Source: Nitrososphaeria archaeon
Lineage (GTDB): Archaea > Thermoproteota > Nitrososphaeria > JACIWG01
Assembly: GCA_050011875.1 (NCBI GenBank)
Contig: JBEKIG010000003.1
Location: 1-64,000 of the forward strand
Direction: 5' to 3'
DNA: 64,000 nt
Positions within the stretch are counted from its first letter, which is position 1. Each line of letters starts with the position of its first letter. Both the position numbers and the translations under genes were made by a program. This document shows, piece by piece, positions 20,887 to 29,940 of this stretch. The notes beneath the pieces were generated by a model. That model was not told the origin of the DNA. It saw only the letters and a program-made list of their open reading frames with translations, and did not search any database.

Positions 20887-22374
20887 CTAACCACTCACTT
20901 GATAGACAGAAACAGTTGGAGCAGCAGTAAAAGCCCCGAAGTTGATATGCATCCCTTGGCTCATTCTATAAGGAGCATTCCCAGCTATTCCAGTTCCCAA
21001 AGCTTTCAACCCTGAGGCTATTGTGTTACCAAAGTCATCTAGAATTGAAATACTTACGCCAGTGCCACCAGAACAGTTTATCAGAAAATCCGTGTTTGCC
21101 ATGTAGTCTGTACTTGCAATAGGTGTAGCTACACCTTCCAAAGCAATATTTATTCCTATATGATATTGCCCACCCGATTGAACATAAAATGGCGTAGACT
21201 GTTTCCCAAATGAAAAACCAATCGTTTTCAATGATAATATATCTCCCGCAATTGTACCCTTTAAGTGCATTCCTGCATTTACCGCAGCGGCTTGTTGTGT
21301 ATGAATAATTGTTACAACTTGTGCAGAATAACCACCAGTAATATGACTGCCAACATTTGCTGTTGCTGGATACCCAAGATTGTCTAAAACAATATCCGAT
21401 CCATTCAAATAAATGTAGCTTCCTATGTCCGCAGTACCATAATTACTAATTCCTTCAATCACAGTAGGACCGTTACCATAAAAAGCTAAACCACTAGTAA
21501 AAGCATTGGAGTAACCACTTGGATTGCTTCCATCCATCTCTACCTTTCCCCCTCGCCAGCTGAATCCTTCATACCACTCCCATAGAAGAGCTTGAAAGGG
21601 GTATGTGCTACCACTAGCAAGTGCTCCATCTATCTCTACATGCTTCCAAGTAACAGGTTCAGAAGGCCCAGCATATCCGCCGACACATATCGCAGTCACT
21701 GGATTAGTGCCTTGAAGAGTGGCATTTACGCTCAACTGCATGTCCTCAAGAAAAACATCGTAGTATTCTAAATCTACAATACTGTAGGTTCCACTGATAC
21801 CAGAAGTTCCAGTATAATTTCCACCTATAAGTAAAGATAAGTCTTTAAAGGTAAGCTTAGGTCCATACTCACCACCTATCCAACCTGTATAACCTGTAGT
21901 AATTGCTGACGGAACTTTTCCAGTAGGTTTAAAGCATATAGTTGTATTGCTTTTCCCGCTGCCTTGAAAAGTAGCCTGAAAAGAATGAGCTGTACCGGTT
22001 GGTAAAGTCCACGGAGTTAAGCAATTGTAGTCAGCTGGAAATATAGTAACTGTACCACCTCTTGCATACACCGAAGTGCCTAGAGTTGCCAAAGCGTTTA
22101 TCACCGCCTGGAACACAGTAGAAGCATCTGTACTTGACGCACTAAAGTCTATTGCACCTGTTATTCCATTCTTTGCATTAATAGTAGAGCCATCTGCTGA
22201 AGGAAAGATAACGTATGATGAATCTGAGGCAAATGAACCATACTTGATAGGTATCTGTGGATCTACTGATTGCGCCTTAGAAACCCCCAACTGTTTTCCA
22301 ATGATAAAAGATGTGCCTAAAGCGCCTCCCACACCTAAAGTTTTTAGCAACTTCCTTCTATCTATTTTTTCCAA
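20887..22374 (-). CDS. Tat-exported beta-helix (pectin-lyase/tailspike-like) protein
   Basis: DRRKLLK twin-arginine signal; 'NAKNGITGAIDF..TDASTVFQAVINAL...GGTVTI..ADY...FQGSG' beta-helix cap; Gly/Ser/Thr-rich. Confidence 0.7.
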   Translation of the reverse strand: MEKIDRRKLLKTLGVGGALGTSFIIGKQLGVSKAQSVDPQIPIKYGSFASDSSYVIFPSADGSTINAKNGITGAIDFSASSTDASTVFQAVINALATLGTSVYARGGTVTIFPADYNCLTPWTLPTGTAHSFQATFQGSGKSNTTICFKPTGKVPSAITTGYTGWIGGEYGPKLTFKDLSLLIGGNYTGTSGISGTYSIVDLEYYDVFLEDMQLSVNATLQGTNPVTAICVGGYAGPSEPVTWKHVEIDGALASGSTYPFQALLWEWYEGFSWRGGKVEMDGSNPSGYSNAFTSGLAFYGNGPTVIEGISNYGTADIGSYIYLNGSDIVLDNLGYPATANVGSHITGGYSAQVVTIIHTQQAAAVNAGMHLKGTIAGDILSLKTIGFSFGKQSTPFYVQSGGQYHIGINIALEGVATPIASTDYMANTDFLINCSGGTGVSISILDDFGNTIASGLKALGTGIAGNAPYRMSQGMHINFGAFTAAPTVSVYQVSG

Positions 22375-22402
22375 ACGCTATTCATAAGAATCAAATTTTC
22401 CC

Positions 22403-22498
22403 TATATTTAAACTTTTTATTAAGGTTATTTAAACCTTTCTAAAAAATTTCACAAATTTCTTCATTTTTTATTGTGAAAATTTATTAACTGACTATTT
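22403..22498 (-). promoter_or_regulatory. 96-bp promoter block, copy 1 (BRE+TATA and inverted repeat)
   Basis: Near-identical to 36133-36228; minus strand AAAAAGTTTAAATATA lies about 30 nt before the start; TTTCACAA-N16-TTGTGAAA palindrome. Confidence 0.8.
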
Positions 22499-22523
22499 AA
22501 TCATGAGATTATTACACATACTG

Positions 22524-22577
22524 AACCCTTTTTCCATCATATCATCATTAAGTTACTACTATGCAATTATAACTTTT
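22524..22577 (-). repeat. Orphan promoter plus start-codon stub, copy 1
   Basis: Near-identical to ~37579-37633; minus strand AAAAGTTATAATTGC...GATGATATGATGGAAAAA matches the start of gene 8582-9502 (MMEKK). Confidence 0.8.
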
Positions 22578-22600
22578 GCGGTCTGTTTATTTTTTAACTA

Positions 22601-22865
22601 TGGCTTTATCCTTCTCATGATTCGCAAATACTGCATGGGTTTCATTATTATATTGGCTCGCAATCATAGGTTGGTTTTCATAAATTAATCGGTTCGCAAA
22701 TCACCTATGGTTTTCATAAGATGTTTGGCTCACACGAATCCAAATGGTTTTCACTTCTCGCTTGGCTCGCATTCGCAACATGGTTTTCGAATTGATTATG
22801 GCTCGCAAGGATTTATTGGTTTACATTTTATAGAAGGCTCGCATGGTTCTCATAATTAACTCGCT
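22601..22865 (-). ncRNA. TIGR-like dual-repeat, dual-spacer guide-RNA array (36-nt period, 6 complete units at 22618-22843)
   Basis: Plus strand alternates tggctcgca-type repeats (22618, 22654, 22690, 22726, 22763, 22799, 22835) and tggttttca-type repeats (22636, 22672, 22708, 22745, 22781, 22817), with 12 unique spacers (eleven of 9 nt, one of 10 nt). Minus strand reads TGCGAGCCA-N9-TGAAAACCA-N9. Strand is inferred from the published TIGR motifs. Confidence 0.85.
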
Positions 22866-22867
22866 TT

Positions 22868-23430
22868 TATAATTTAGCGATGGTGTTAATCGAAATCGTT
22901 GGGTTCCAGGCGATTTCCCAGTAATTAGGTGTAGAATAGGTCGTGCCCCAAATGAGAAGAGTGTCGTTGCTTGCGTCGAATGAATAGTTTCCAGAAAGAA
23001 GGGTATTGTTGAAATACACGCTTTGCGGATTTCCTTGATTTCCATACCAGACTTTAACGAGAAAGCTGCTTCCGCTTAATCCAGTGACATTGAAACTCGT
23101 TATGTTATTATCTAAAGAGATTATCGTAAGATGTCAGATGTCTCCCATCTTATGTTTGGAGAAAATGTTTCACCTGTTTATAACTGCCAAAATCTTAGAG
23201 TCATTATTGATGTAAGTGAAGTTGTTAAAGTATATAGTTGGAGCAGAGAATCTTATGGTTACGTTATTTTGTAATTGAAAATAGTAGGTTAAAGTATCTA
23301 AACTAAAGACATAACTTAAATTAGCGTGAACTAAAGAGAAAGGAATTGATGATAGAAAGATAACTGATAACACTAGTATTGATATGAGATTTTTATGTTC
23401 GGGTTTAAAAAACCAAGCCCGCAGTTTCAA
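22868..23430 (-). pseudogene. Frameshifted surface-protein gene (signal peptide plus domain B)
   Basis: YVFSLDTLTYYFQLQNNVTIRFS..., then after frameshifts ...VKVWYGNQGNPQSVYFNNTLLSGNYSFDASNDTLLIWGTTYSTPNYWEIAWNPTISINTIAKL*; homologous to 35025-35365. Confidence 0.8.
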
Positions 23431-23496
23431 TTAACTCACACACTTATATCTAAACTTTTTATTGTCTTCCGTTTCGATTTAGCAATTTGAGTGTAA

Positions 23497-23598
23497 ATGG
23501 ATAATAACTTGATTTTTGATGTAGGGACGCATAAAGGAGAAGATACTTCGTACTACTTATTCAAGGGATGCAAAGACATTATGAACGATATGTGGTAA
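23497..23598 (+). pseudogene. N-terminal stub of an FkbM methyltransferase
   Basis: MDNNLIFDVGTHKGEDTSYYLFKGCK, then a stop after 33 aa. Confidence 0.7.
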
Positions 23599-23684
23599 AT
23601 AACAATGGAGTCTGACTAAAAGCAAATACTTTTTTCCCCTTGTTTCTTACATATTGTTTAAACAAGAATTTTTGTGTTGTTTTA

Positions 23685-24596
23685 CTACTGGCTATTGGAC
23701 CTGTAAATAAAATTATCAAAAACTACACTATGATTTTTTTTTGTTGAAAGCTTCTGTGCGTACACCATTCTATATTGGCGATCAACTTTATCGATAGTAA
23801 AGCCTAGATCCCTTAATTTTTCTAACATTATGGAAAGACTATTTTCGCTTATGTCAGTATATTGAAATATAAGATGATCTATATTTTCTTTTAACTTTTC
23901 CCCACAGTTAAGTATTATGTCTACCTCACATCCTTTACAATTCATTTTCAATAAATCGATATGCTTATTCAATGCTTCTTGGCAACTAATTGTATTAACG
24001 TTTAAAGTGATAGAATTCGCAGGAATTTCATATAAAGAACCAAGCCCCGCAATAAATTTCGATACATGAAGTACTGATTCTCCGCTATTTTTAGAAATGG
24101 CTGAATTAATAGGTTTTATATTCGCTGTAGCATTATTAAGTGCTATATTAGATACCATCAATTCGAAATTATAAGGATTAGGCTCATAGACTTCAACAAA
24201 TTCGGCTCCCTTTTTAATGAAATATACTGCTGTGTCCCCAATATAACCACCAATATCAACAATCTTTCCCTTTATTGGATAATAATCATAAAATTTTCTA
24301 GAGAAAATATCCACCAAAGACGTAAGGTCGTTTGAAATAGGGATTCTTGGCGACGGGAAAAGATTAAGCATGAATTTATAGGTCTCAGTATTCCCATAAA
24401 TCGTAATGTTATAGTAATCATTAACCTTTGATATGTTTACTTTTCTATGACCATACCTTGAAGTCAAGAGAAAGAGCATTACATATAGGTGAGATATAAT
24501 ATTTGGATACAACTTGGCTTGTTTTAGAAGATCTCGTTTTATTGAGGGAGAAAATTTGTATACGTATAAAAGTTCACGTTTTGTTTTCAACGACAA
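23685..24596 (-). CDS. FkbM-family methyltransferase
   Basis: IVDIGGYIGDTA, YEPNP, LLKMNCKGCE. Confidence 0.88.
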   Translation of the reverse strand: MSLKTKRELLYVYKFSPSIKRDLLKQAKLYPNIISHLYVMLFLLTSRYGHRKVNISKVNDYYNITIYGNTETYKFMLNLFPSPRIPISNDLTSLVDIFSRKFYDYYPIKGKIVDIGGYIGDTAVYFIKKGAEFVEVYEPNPYNFELMVSNIALNNATANIKPINSAISKNSGESVLHVSKFIAGLGSLYEIPANSITLNVNTISCQEALNKHIDLLKMNCKGCEVDIILNCGEKLKENIDHLIFQYTDISENSLSIMLEKLRDLGFTIDKVDRQYRMVYAQKLSTKKNHSVVFDNFIYRSNSQ

Positions 24597-25201
24597 ACGT
24601 TAAAACAAAAGATTAATTGTAATCTGATTAATAGATTGTAGCGATATTCTAAACTTATCTATTAAAGATATGCCTTCAAGATAGAGCAGTTTCTTTTTTT
24701 CAATATTCCCTATAAGGTTTAACATTATTTTCATTTCCTAAATTTTTCACTAGACCTGGTAAAAAGTGTCTAATATATATATTGTGCGAGAAGATTGATA
24801 TGGACTCCTTATAATATTCTAATTTTCTTTGAAAACTCAGGAGAGACCTTAGCGCCAAATGACGGTGTGCTAAATCCTCTCCTTGTTTTAGTGTTCACCC
24901 ACCCATTTATGATTTATCAAGCGATTATTGTTATAAACCATAAAATTACGGTGCTTAACAGTTTAGCTGGGAACTGAGGGTAAGCAAGGGAAAATAGAGG
25001 AAACTGTTAAATCACTTCATGCAGGTAAAGTAATAAGGGGGGTATAGCGAAGATTTATAAGGAAATGGCTTTTTAGACCTTGTGAACATGGAAAACAAGG
25101 AAAACAACCTGAACAATGTGGTTGAACAAGGTGAATCTAAGAAAAACAGCTTGAACAATGCAGATGAACAAGACGTAACAGGTGAACAGGGGGAGGTGGG
25201 C

Positions 25202-25768
25202 ATGGAGATGACCTTAGAACAGGTTAAGGCCGAAGTCTTGAAGCTTGTCGATGAAGGGGAAAACTACAGAGATATAGCGAAGATCAAATGGAATGTTAAA
25301 GGTGCGAAAAAGCATTTTTCAATAACCTGGATAAGCAACTTGGTGAAAAAACGGAATAACCCTCAGAGTAGCCTTCTGAAGTTAAGCGATGAAGAGCTGA
25401 CGAAGAGGGCGTTTAAGCTGTTTGATGCAGGCAATGGACCTATAGCTGTCGTGGAGCAGTTAGATGCTTCACCTGATGAAGCGAAGACGCTGTACAATGA
25501 ATATGTGGAGCTGAAGGCCCTAGACCTTTCTAAACCCTCTATTCCCCTACAGTTTAAGCAGTTTAAAGAGAGGCTTGACAGGCTAGATAACGGCTGGTAC
25601 ATTATACAGTCCTTAGTTGAAGCAGTTAACAAGGAAATACCGGAAATACTTTTACCTAAGAGAGAGCAAATAAAGGGAATTGATCTCTGCTTTCTATTTT
25701 TAGAGGCAAAAGAGGTGTGCCAACATGTTAACGAATCAAATAATAGATTGGTCTCACATAGATCATAG
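25202..25768 (+). CDS. Plasmid/virus-type HTH-containing protein
   Basis: 'VLKLVDEGENYRDIAK' HTH-like region and 'RAFKLFDAGNGPIAVV..LD..P.EA..LY.EY..L' region; GGAGGTG SD before ATG 25202 (the ORF track starts at 25082). Confidence 0.6.
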   Translation: MEMTLEQVKAEVLKLVDEGENYRDIAKIKWNVKGAKKHFSITWISNLVKKRNNPQSSLLKLSDEELTKRAFKLFDAGNGPIAVVEQLDASPDEAKTLYNEYVELKALDLSKPSIPLQFKQFKERLDRLDNGWYIIQSLVEAVNKEIPEILLPKREQIKGIDLCFLFLEAKEVCQHVNESNNRLVSHRS

Positions 25769-26517
25769 ATTAATCTTTTCGATGAATGACTAATAATTTA
25801 ATGTCTCACATAGATCATAGATCTATCGGGTGTAGTCAGAGGGCATTTGTCGAGGCAAAATTTAAAGAATGGAGTCTTAATAAGCATTATGGAGCCACAC
25901 TGATAGTGTCATGTCAGTCTGGTTAACACTGAGAAGTATGTGAGGCTAAGTTATCACAACCCTATTCCCATAAAACTCCCTTATGTTATGCCTTAATGTA
26001 GCCAAAATATTCCCAAAAAAACTAGCCCGTCATATAAGGCATTTAATCGCCCTATTTTCTAAACGAAGATGTAATCAGATGTTCACTACTAAGACTTATA
26101 TAAATCCCAAGCCCAAGGTTTCTCATCCCGTCACTAACATAATCTTCTTTCCATTTAGCAAACTTTTCAATTTTCTATCAAAAGCTAAATCTTTCAAGAT
26201 ATAATGTTAATGAAATTATTTGCCGTTTTATTTGTTTCATTTCCTGCAATAAATTGACTTCTTAAATATTATTAATTTATCTTCTGCCTCTCAAGTCAAA
26301 ACAGCTCTCAATGGAGATCTAGTTTACGAATATGCTGAACCTTTAGCTTCATAGTAATCCAAATGCCTTTAACAATCTTGCAAGGTCACGACTATCTATT
26401 ATACAATACATACTTATTTTTTTGTTTTTAATAAGAAACGTACTCTTGTTCTCAAGCAAGAAGATTTTAAGGGAAAAGCCCCAGACAATTATTTTTCAGT
26501 ACTTCCAAAAGGTCTGC

Positions 26518-26742
26518 TCAGCTAAAGAAGGCTAACAGCGCAACAATACCTTCCCACGTCAAGAAGATTTTACCATTGTATAGTTCAACAACGTATCCTT
26601 TTTTCTTTAATTCGTTGATGTGCTCTAGGCTCGAGTAAACCTTTTCCTTTGGGACTGCCTTTTTTGCAGAAGTCGCGTTGTACATGCAGAATAGTTCCTC
26701 AAGGAGTTCGATGTTTAATTTTGATCCTAATATTTTGGTCAT
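26518..26742 (-). CDS. Small winged-helix-like protein
   Basis: 'INELKKKGYVVE..GKIFLT.EG' wing motif; a second, inactivated copy at 4557-4781 supports coding status. Confidence 0.7.
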   Translation of the reverse strand: MTKILGSKLNIELLEELFCMYNATSAKKAVPKEKVYSSLEHINELKKKGYVVELYNGKIFLTWEGIVALLAFFS

Positions 26743-27030
26743 TTCGATATCCCCCTTTGGAGTCTAATTACATTAAAGATCGTAGGCGAGATTATTGATT
26801 TTTGGAATAGAAAATACAAAGTTAATCTTGTTAAAGCTGTTATTAAGATCCATTGGATAGCATTTTAATTTGAAAAAAAGTTCTACTATTGAAGAAAATG
26901 TTTTTTGAGTTCATTAAAACAGCTAAAAGCTACAGTGATTGTTGAAAAATATAGGGTGTCTGATTCTTTGCCTCATCTTCAAATCTATTACGTTTATAGG
27001 GTAAAATCATCGGTTCCATAGGTAGAATAA

Positions 27031-27972
27031 TTAGAGTACAATGTTAAACCTTTTCATTGCATATTCTTTCAGAATTTTTGGATAGTCACCATATTTGGAT
27101 TTATCATGTAATGTAAATTTGCTTAGAAAATCCTTAAAGTAGATTCTCGATGCTTCTTCAATATTTTTCGTATTGTATTCTTCTAGAATCCTATTTTGAA
27201 CATATTTTTCAAAAGTTATTTTACTAGTAAGATCTTTCTCAAACAATTCGTACCAATATTTTCTGAAAAGTAGACGTTTTGGTGGTTTTACAGTACGTAA
27301 GTGAAAAGATAACGGTTTATCGATTGAAAGTCTTTTTGCATAATAAAACGGTATACGCATATATTCATAGCCATGGGGAATCTGTACGAAAACAGAACGT
27401 GGAGTATATTTCGAAAGCCAATGTTCAAATTCAAACGGTTCTACTAAATTCTGATGGTATAGATCTCCATCCAAGCAAATGTTAGACCAATAAATAGAAT
27501 AGAATCTCTTGACATTAAGACTTCCAATCAATTCCCTTATGGTAGATGACATTTCTTCTTTTGCTATAAAGTCTCCATCCCATCTTAAAACCCATTTATA
27601 ATTTGTAAGTTTAAATCCTTTATTTGATAAATTCACAATATTGTCTTCAAAATCGATAATATGATTTATTTTCAACCCCCATTTTTCTTTTATATCTTCG
27701 ATGATTATTGCAGTATTATCTGTAGAACTGTCAATAATAACGTACTCGTTAACAAGGTCTTTTATACTCAAGAGAGAAGGTTCAATCCACCATTCCTCAT
27801 TCTTAACTCTCACAAGAGCAGAGATACCTTCAAATTTGTCAGATAAAGTTGCTGAAGGGACAAGCCCACTTATACTACACAAATCCACAAGAAAATTCCT
27901 AATATTATCAGCCATTCTAGGTCCAATAAATTTTCTAACATTCTCTAAAAAATGGTCAGGATTAATGTGCAT
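27031..27972 (-). CDS. Glycosyltransferase, GT-A fold (GT2-like)
   Basis: GISALVRVKNEE, IIDSSTD, WVLRWDGD (DxD). Confidence 0.85.
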   Translation of the reverse strand: MHINPDHFLENVRKFIGPRMADNIRNFLVDLCSISGLVPSATLSDKFEGISALVRVKNEEWWIEPSLLSIKDLVNEYVIIDSSTDNTAIIIEDIKEKWGLKINHIIDFEDNIVNLSNKGFKLTNYKWVLRWDGDFIAKEEMSSTIRELIGSLNVKRFYSIYWSNICLDGDLYHQNLVEPFEFEHWLSKYTPRSVFVQIPHGYEYMRIPFYYAKRLSIDKPLSFHLRTVKPPKRLLFRKYWYELFEKDLTSKITFEKYVQNRILEEYNTKNIEEASRIYFKDFLSKFTLHDKSKYGDYPKILKEYAMKRFNIVL

Positions 27973-28023
27973 TTATTTTTACCTTAGAAACAAGTCAATT
28001 AGTTCGATGATCAATGGTTCTCC

Positions 28024-28839
28024 TCAAATATAATCGACAACCGATGCTTTATATATCCTCTTCCGAATTACTGGCAAAAGAATTTTAAACATTAATGGCA
28101 GCTTCTTTTTAATCTTTGGATAAGCGTATTCATATCCCATAAGGACTTTTGAATAGTATCTTTTGTAGAAATATCTTATAACTAGTTTGCCGCCAAAAGT
28201 TTTTTTGAAGAAACTTAATTCATATAGTGGATTCCTTTTATCATGTATTATAAAGCAGCCACCTAAATCAAATTCCTGATTTCCGCTCTCCTTTGCATAT
28301 CTTATTGCCTCCCAGACCATTAATCTATTACCATGCCCGATTAACATTGCCGTTCTTCTATCAGATTCCAAATATTTTGATGCACCTATAAGCCAGTACA
28401 TATGCTTCTTGTCTCTCAGATAAAATTGACCACCCAGTATTTTTCCATCGTATTCAGCAGTAAATAATATTCCATATTTGCGCATAAATTCAGGAGTTAC
28501 ATTATAGTCAGGTAAACCCTTTTCCGTTCTAAAGGAGTGATTTATTTCCAAGAAGGTGTCATAATCTTGACTTATCTTTACCTTTACTCCTTTTTTTATG
28601 GCGCTCTTAATTGACCACCTACACGATCCTTTGTCCATTTTTTTCCAGATCAAACCTATGCTTTGATTTAGATCAATAACTGAAGTCGTCAACACTCTTG
28701 AGTAAAAACCTTTTGCAACCGATCTATTAGGACATGCATGAAACATTATTTCATCGTAGCCACCAACGTCAAAGGGACTCTCAGCGAAAAATACATTTTT
28801 CTTTTTAAAGAGACCTATATTGGAATCGAATTCTAGCAT
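28024..28839 (-). CDS. FemAB-like / GNAT-fold acyltransferase
   Basis: 'IDL..S...IWKKM...CRWSIK.AIKKGV', 'MVWEAIRYAK..G..EFDLGG', 'FKKTFGG'. Confidence 0.85.
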   Translation of the reverse strand: MLEFDSNIGLFKKKNVFFAESPFDVGGYDEIMFHACPNRSVAKGFYSRVLTTSVIDLNQSIGLIWKKMDKGSCRWSIKSAIKKGVKVKISQDYDTFLEINHSFRTEKGLPDYNVTPEFMRKYGILFTAEYDGKILGGQFYLRDKKHMYWLIGASKYLESDRRTAMLIGHGNRLMVWEAIRYAKESGNQEFDLGGCFIIHDKRNPLYELSFFKKTFGGKLVIRYFYKRYYSKVLMGYEYAYPKIKKKLPLMFKILLPVIRKRIYKASVVDYI

Positions 28840-28873
28840 AGAAACCTACAACAATTTACCGTCTTTGGAACCG

Positions 28874-29641
28874 TTATTTAAATGGATTACGGATTAGTCT
28901 TTCATTCTTCTTTGTCGTAAGGGTGGAGAAGTATTTGTTAGCCTCTTGATAGGTGTTCATGTCCCCTATATCGTACCAGATGCCGGTTAAAACGAAGCCC
29001 TGTACGGCTTCTTTCTTGCTGAGCCATTTGATGAAATTTCCTGGTGCGTCACAATCTAATCCACGATTTACATATTCATTCAGTCTGTGAAGTGTTCTTC
29101 TTGGAAACAGGTATAAGCAGGTTCCTATCAGAGTAGTTTTTGGTTCCTTTGGTTTCTCAGAAAAGTGCACTATCTTTCCTCCGGAACCTAATACCACAGC
29201 GGAATATCGTTTAACTAACTCAAAGTTTTCAAGGTTATAAAGTCCTACTAATGGAAGGTGCGAATGATTAAATTTCCAAACTAATCCCTTAAAGCTTGAT
29301 GTGAAGATGTTGTCACCAGCGGCTATTAGGCAGTCATCGTCGATCTTTGGTGCCAGATTTGCCAACGCTCTTACTGCTCCTAGCTTTTCATTTTCAGATC
29401 TAGATGGTTCTACAACTAACCTGATATTTGTCAGCGACATTTGGGACAGATATTTTTCAAAATTCTCTTGAAATCTTATGTTAGTTGAGATAATTATTTC
29501 ACTGACATTTATTTCAACTATCTTTTCAAGCAAATATTCGATGACTGGTTTACCAGCTACTGGAAGCAGAGGTTTAGGCTTGTCCTTTGTCAGCGGCCAA
29601 AGTCTGGTGCCGTAACCTCCTGCTAAAATTAGCGCCTTCAT
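28874..29641 (-). CDS. Sugar-1-phosphate nucleotidyltransferase (RmlA/GalU-like)
   Basis: MKALILAGGYGTRLWPLT..PKPLLPV, EKP, WYDIG. Confidence 0.93.
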   Translation of the reverse strand: MKALILAGGYGTRLWPLTKDKPKPLLPVAGKPVIEYLLEKIVEINVSEIIISTNIRFQENFEKYLSQMSLTNIRLVVEPSRSENEKLGAVRALANLAPKIDDDCLIAAGDNIFTSSFKGLVWKFNHSHLPLVGLYNLENFELVKRYSAVVLGSGGKIVHFSEKPKEPKTTLIGTCLYLFPRRTLHRLNEYVNRGLDCDAPGNFIKWLSKKEAVQGFVLTGIWYDIGDMNTYQEANKYFSTLTTKKNERLIRNPFK

Positions 29642-29940
29642 CTAACGCACAAAATTTATTTATAATTTATAAAAAGTTTCTAAAGTCGGTTAGTGCTAAT
29701 TATTTGAACAGAAGAAGATATCCATTCATTAGCTTTCCTGAAAGTCGGAGTGGAGATAAAAAAAATATTCTTTAAGAAGCCAGTAATCCACGGCTCTATT
29801 CCAAGACTATTGAAGAAATTTGTGTAGACCCTATCGTAGTTTGTTGTCATGTCATTAAATCTCTAAAAAATATTTTCAATCGAATTATTTTCCAAGAAAT
29901 CGCTATATGCTGCACCTTAAACCTAATCGTAGAAAAATTT

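Noticed and set aside
22601-22865. CRISPR array, or a 12-aa coding repeat (GSQxxxGFH / ASHxxxENH); ORFs 22503-22688 and 22821-23045
   Set aside because: Repeats and spacers are only 9 nt and two repeat types alternate; no cas genes are present. Repeat-phased frames contain stops and a 10-nt spacer shifts phase. The listed ORFs are off-phase or off-frame readings.
25082-25768. Candidate Tas protein for the array
   Set aside because: No recognisable Nop/IS110-like motifs; it looks like an HTH/coiled-coil protein and lies 2.2 kb away on the other strand. A structure search would settle it.
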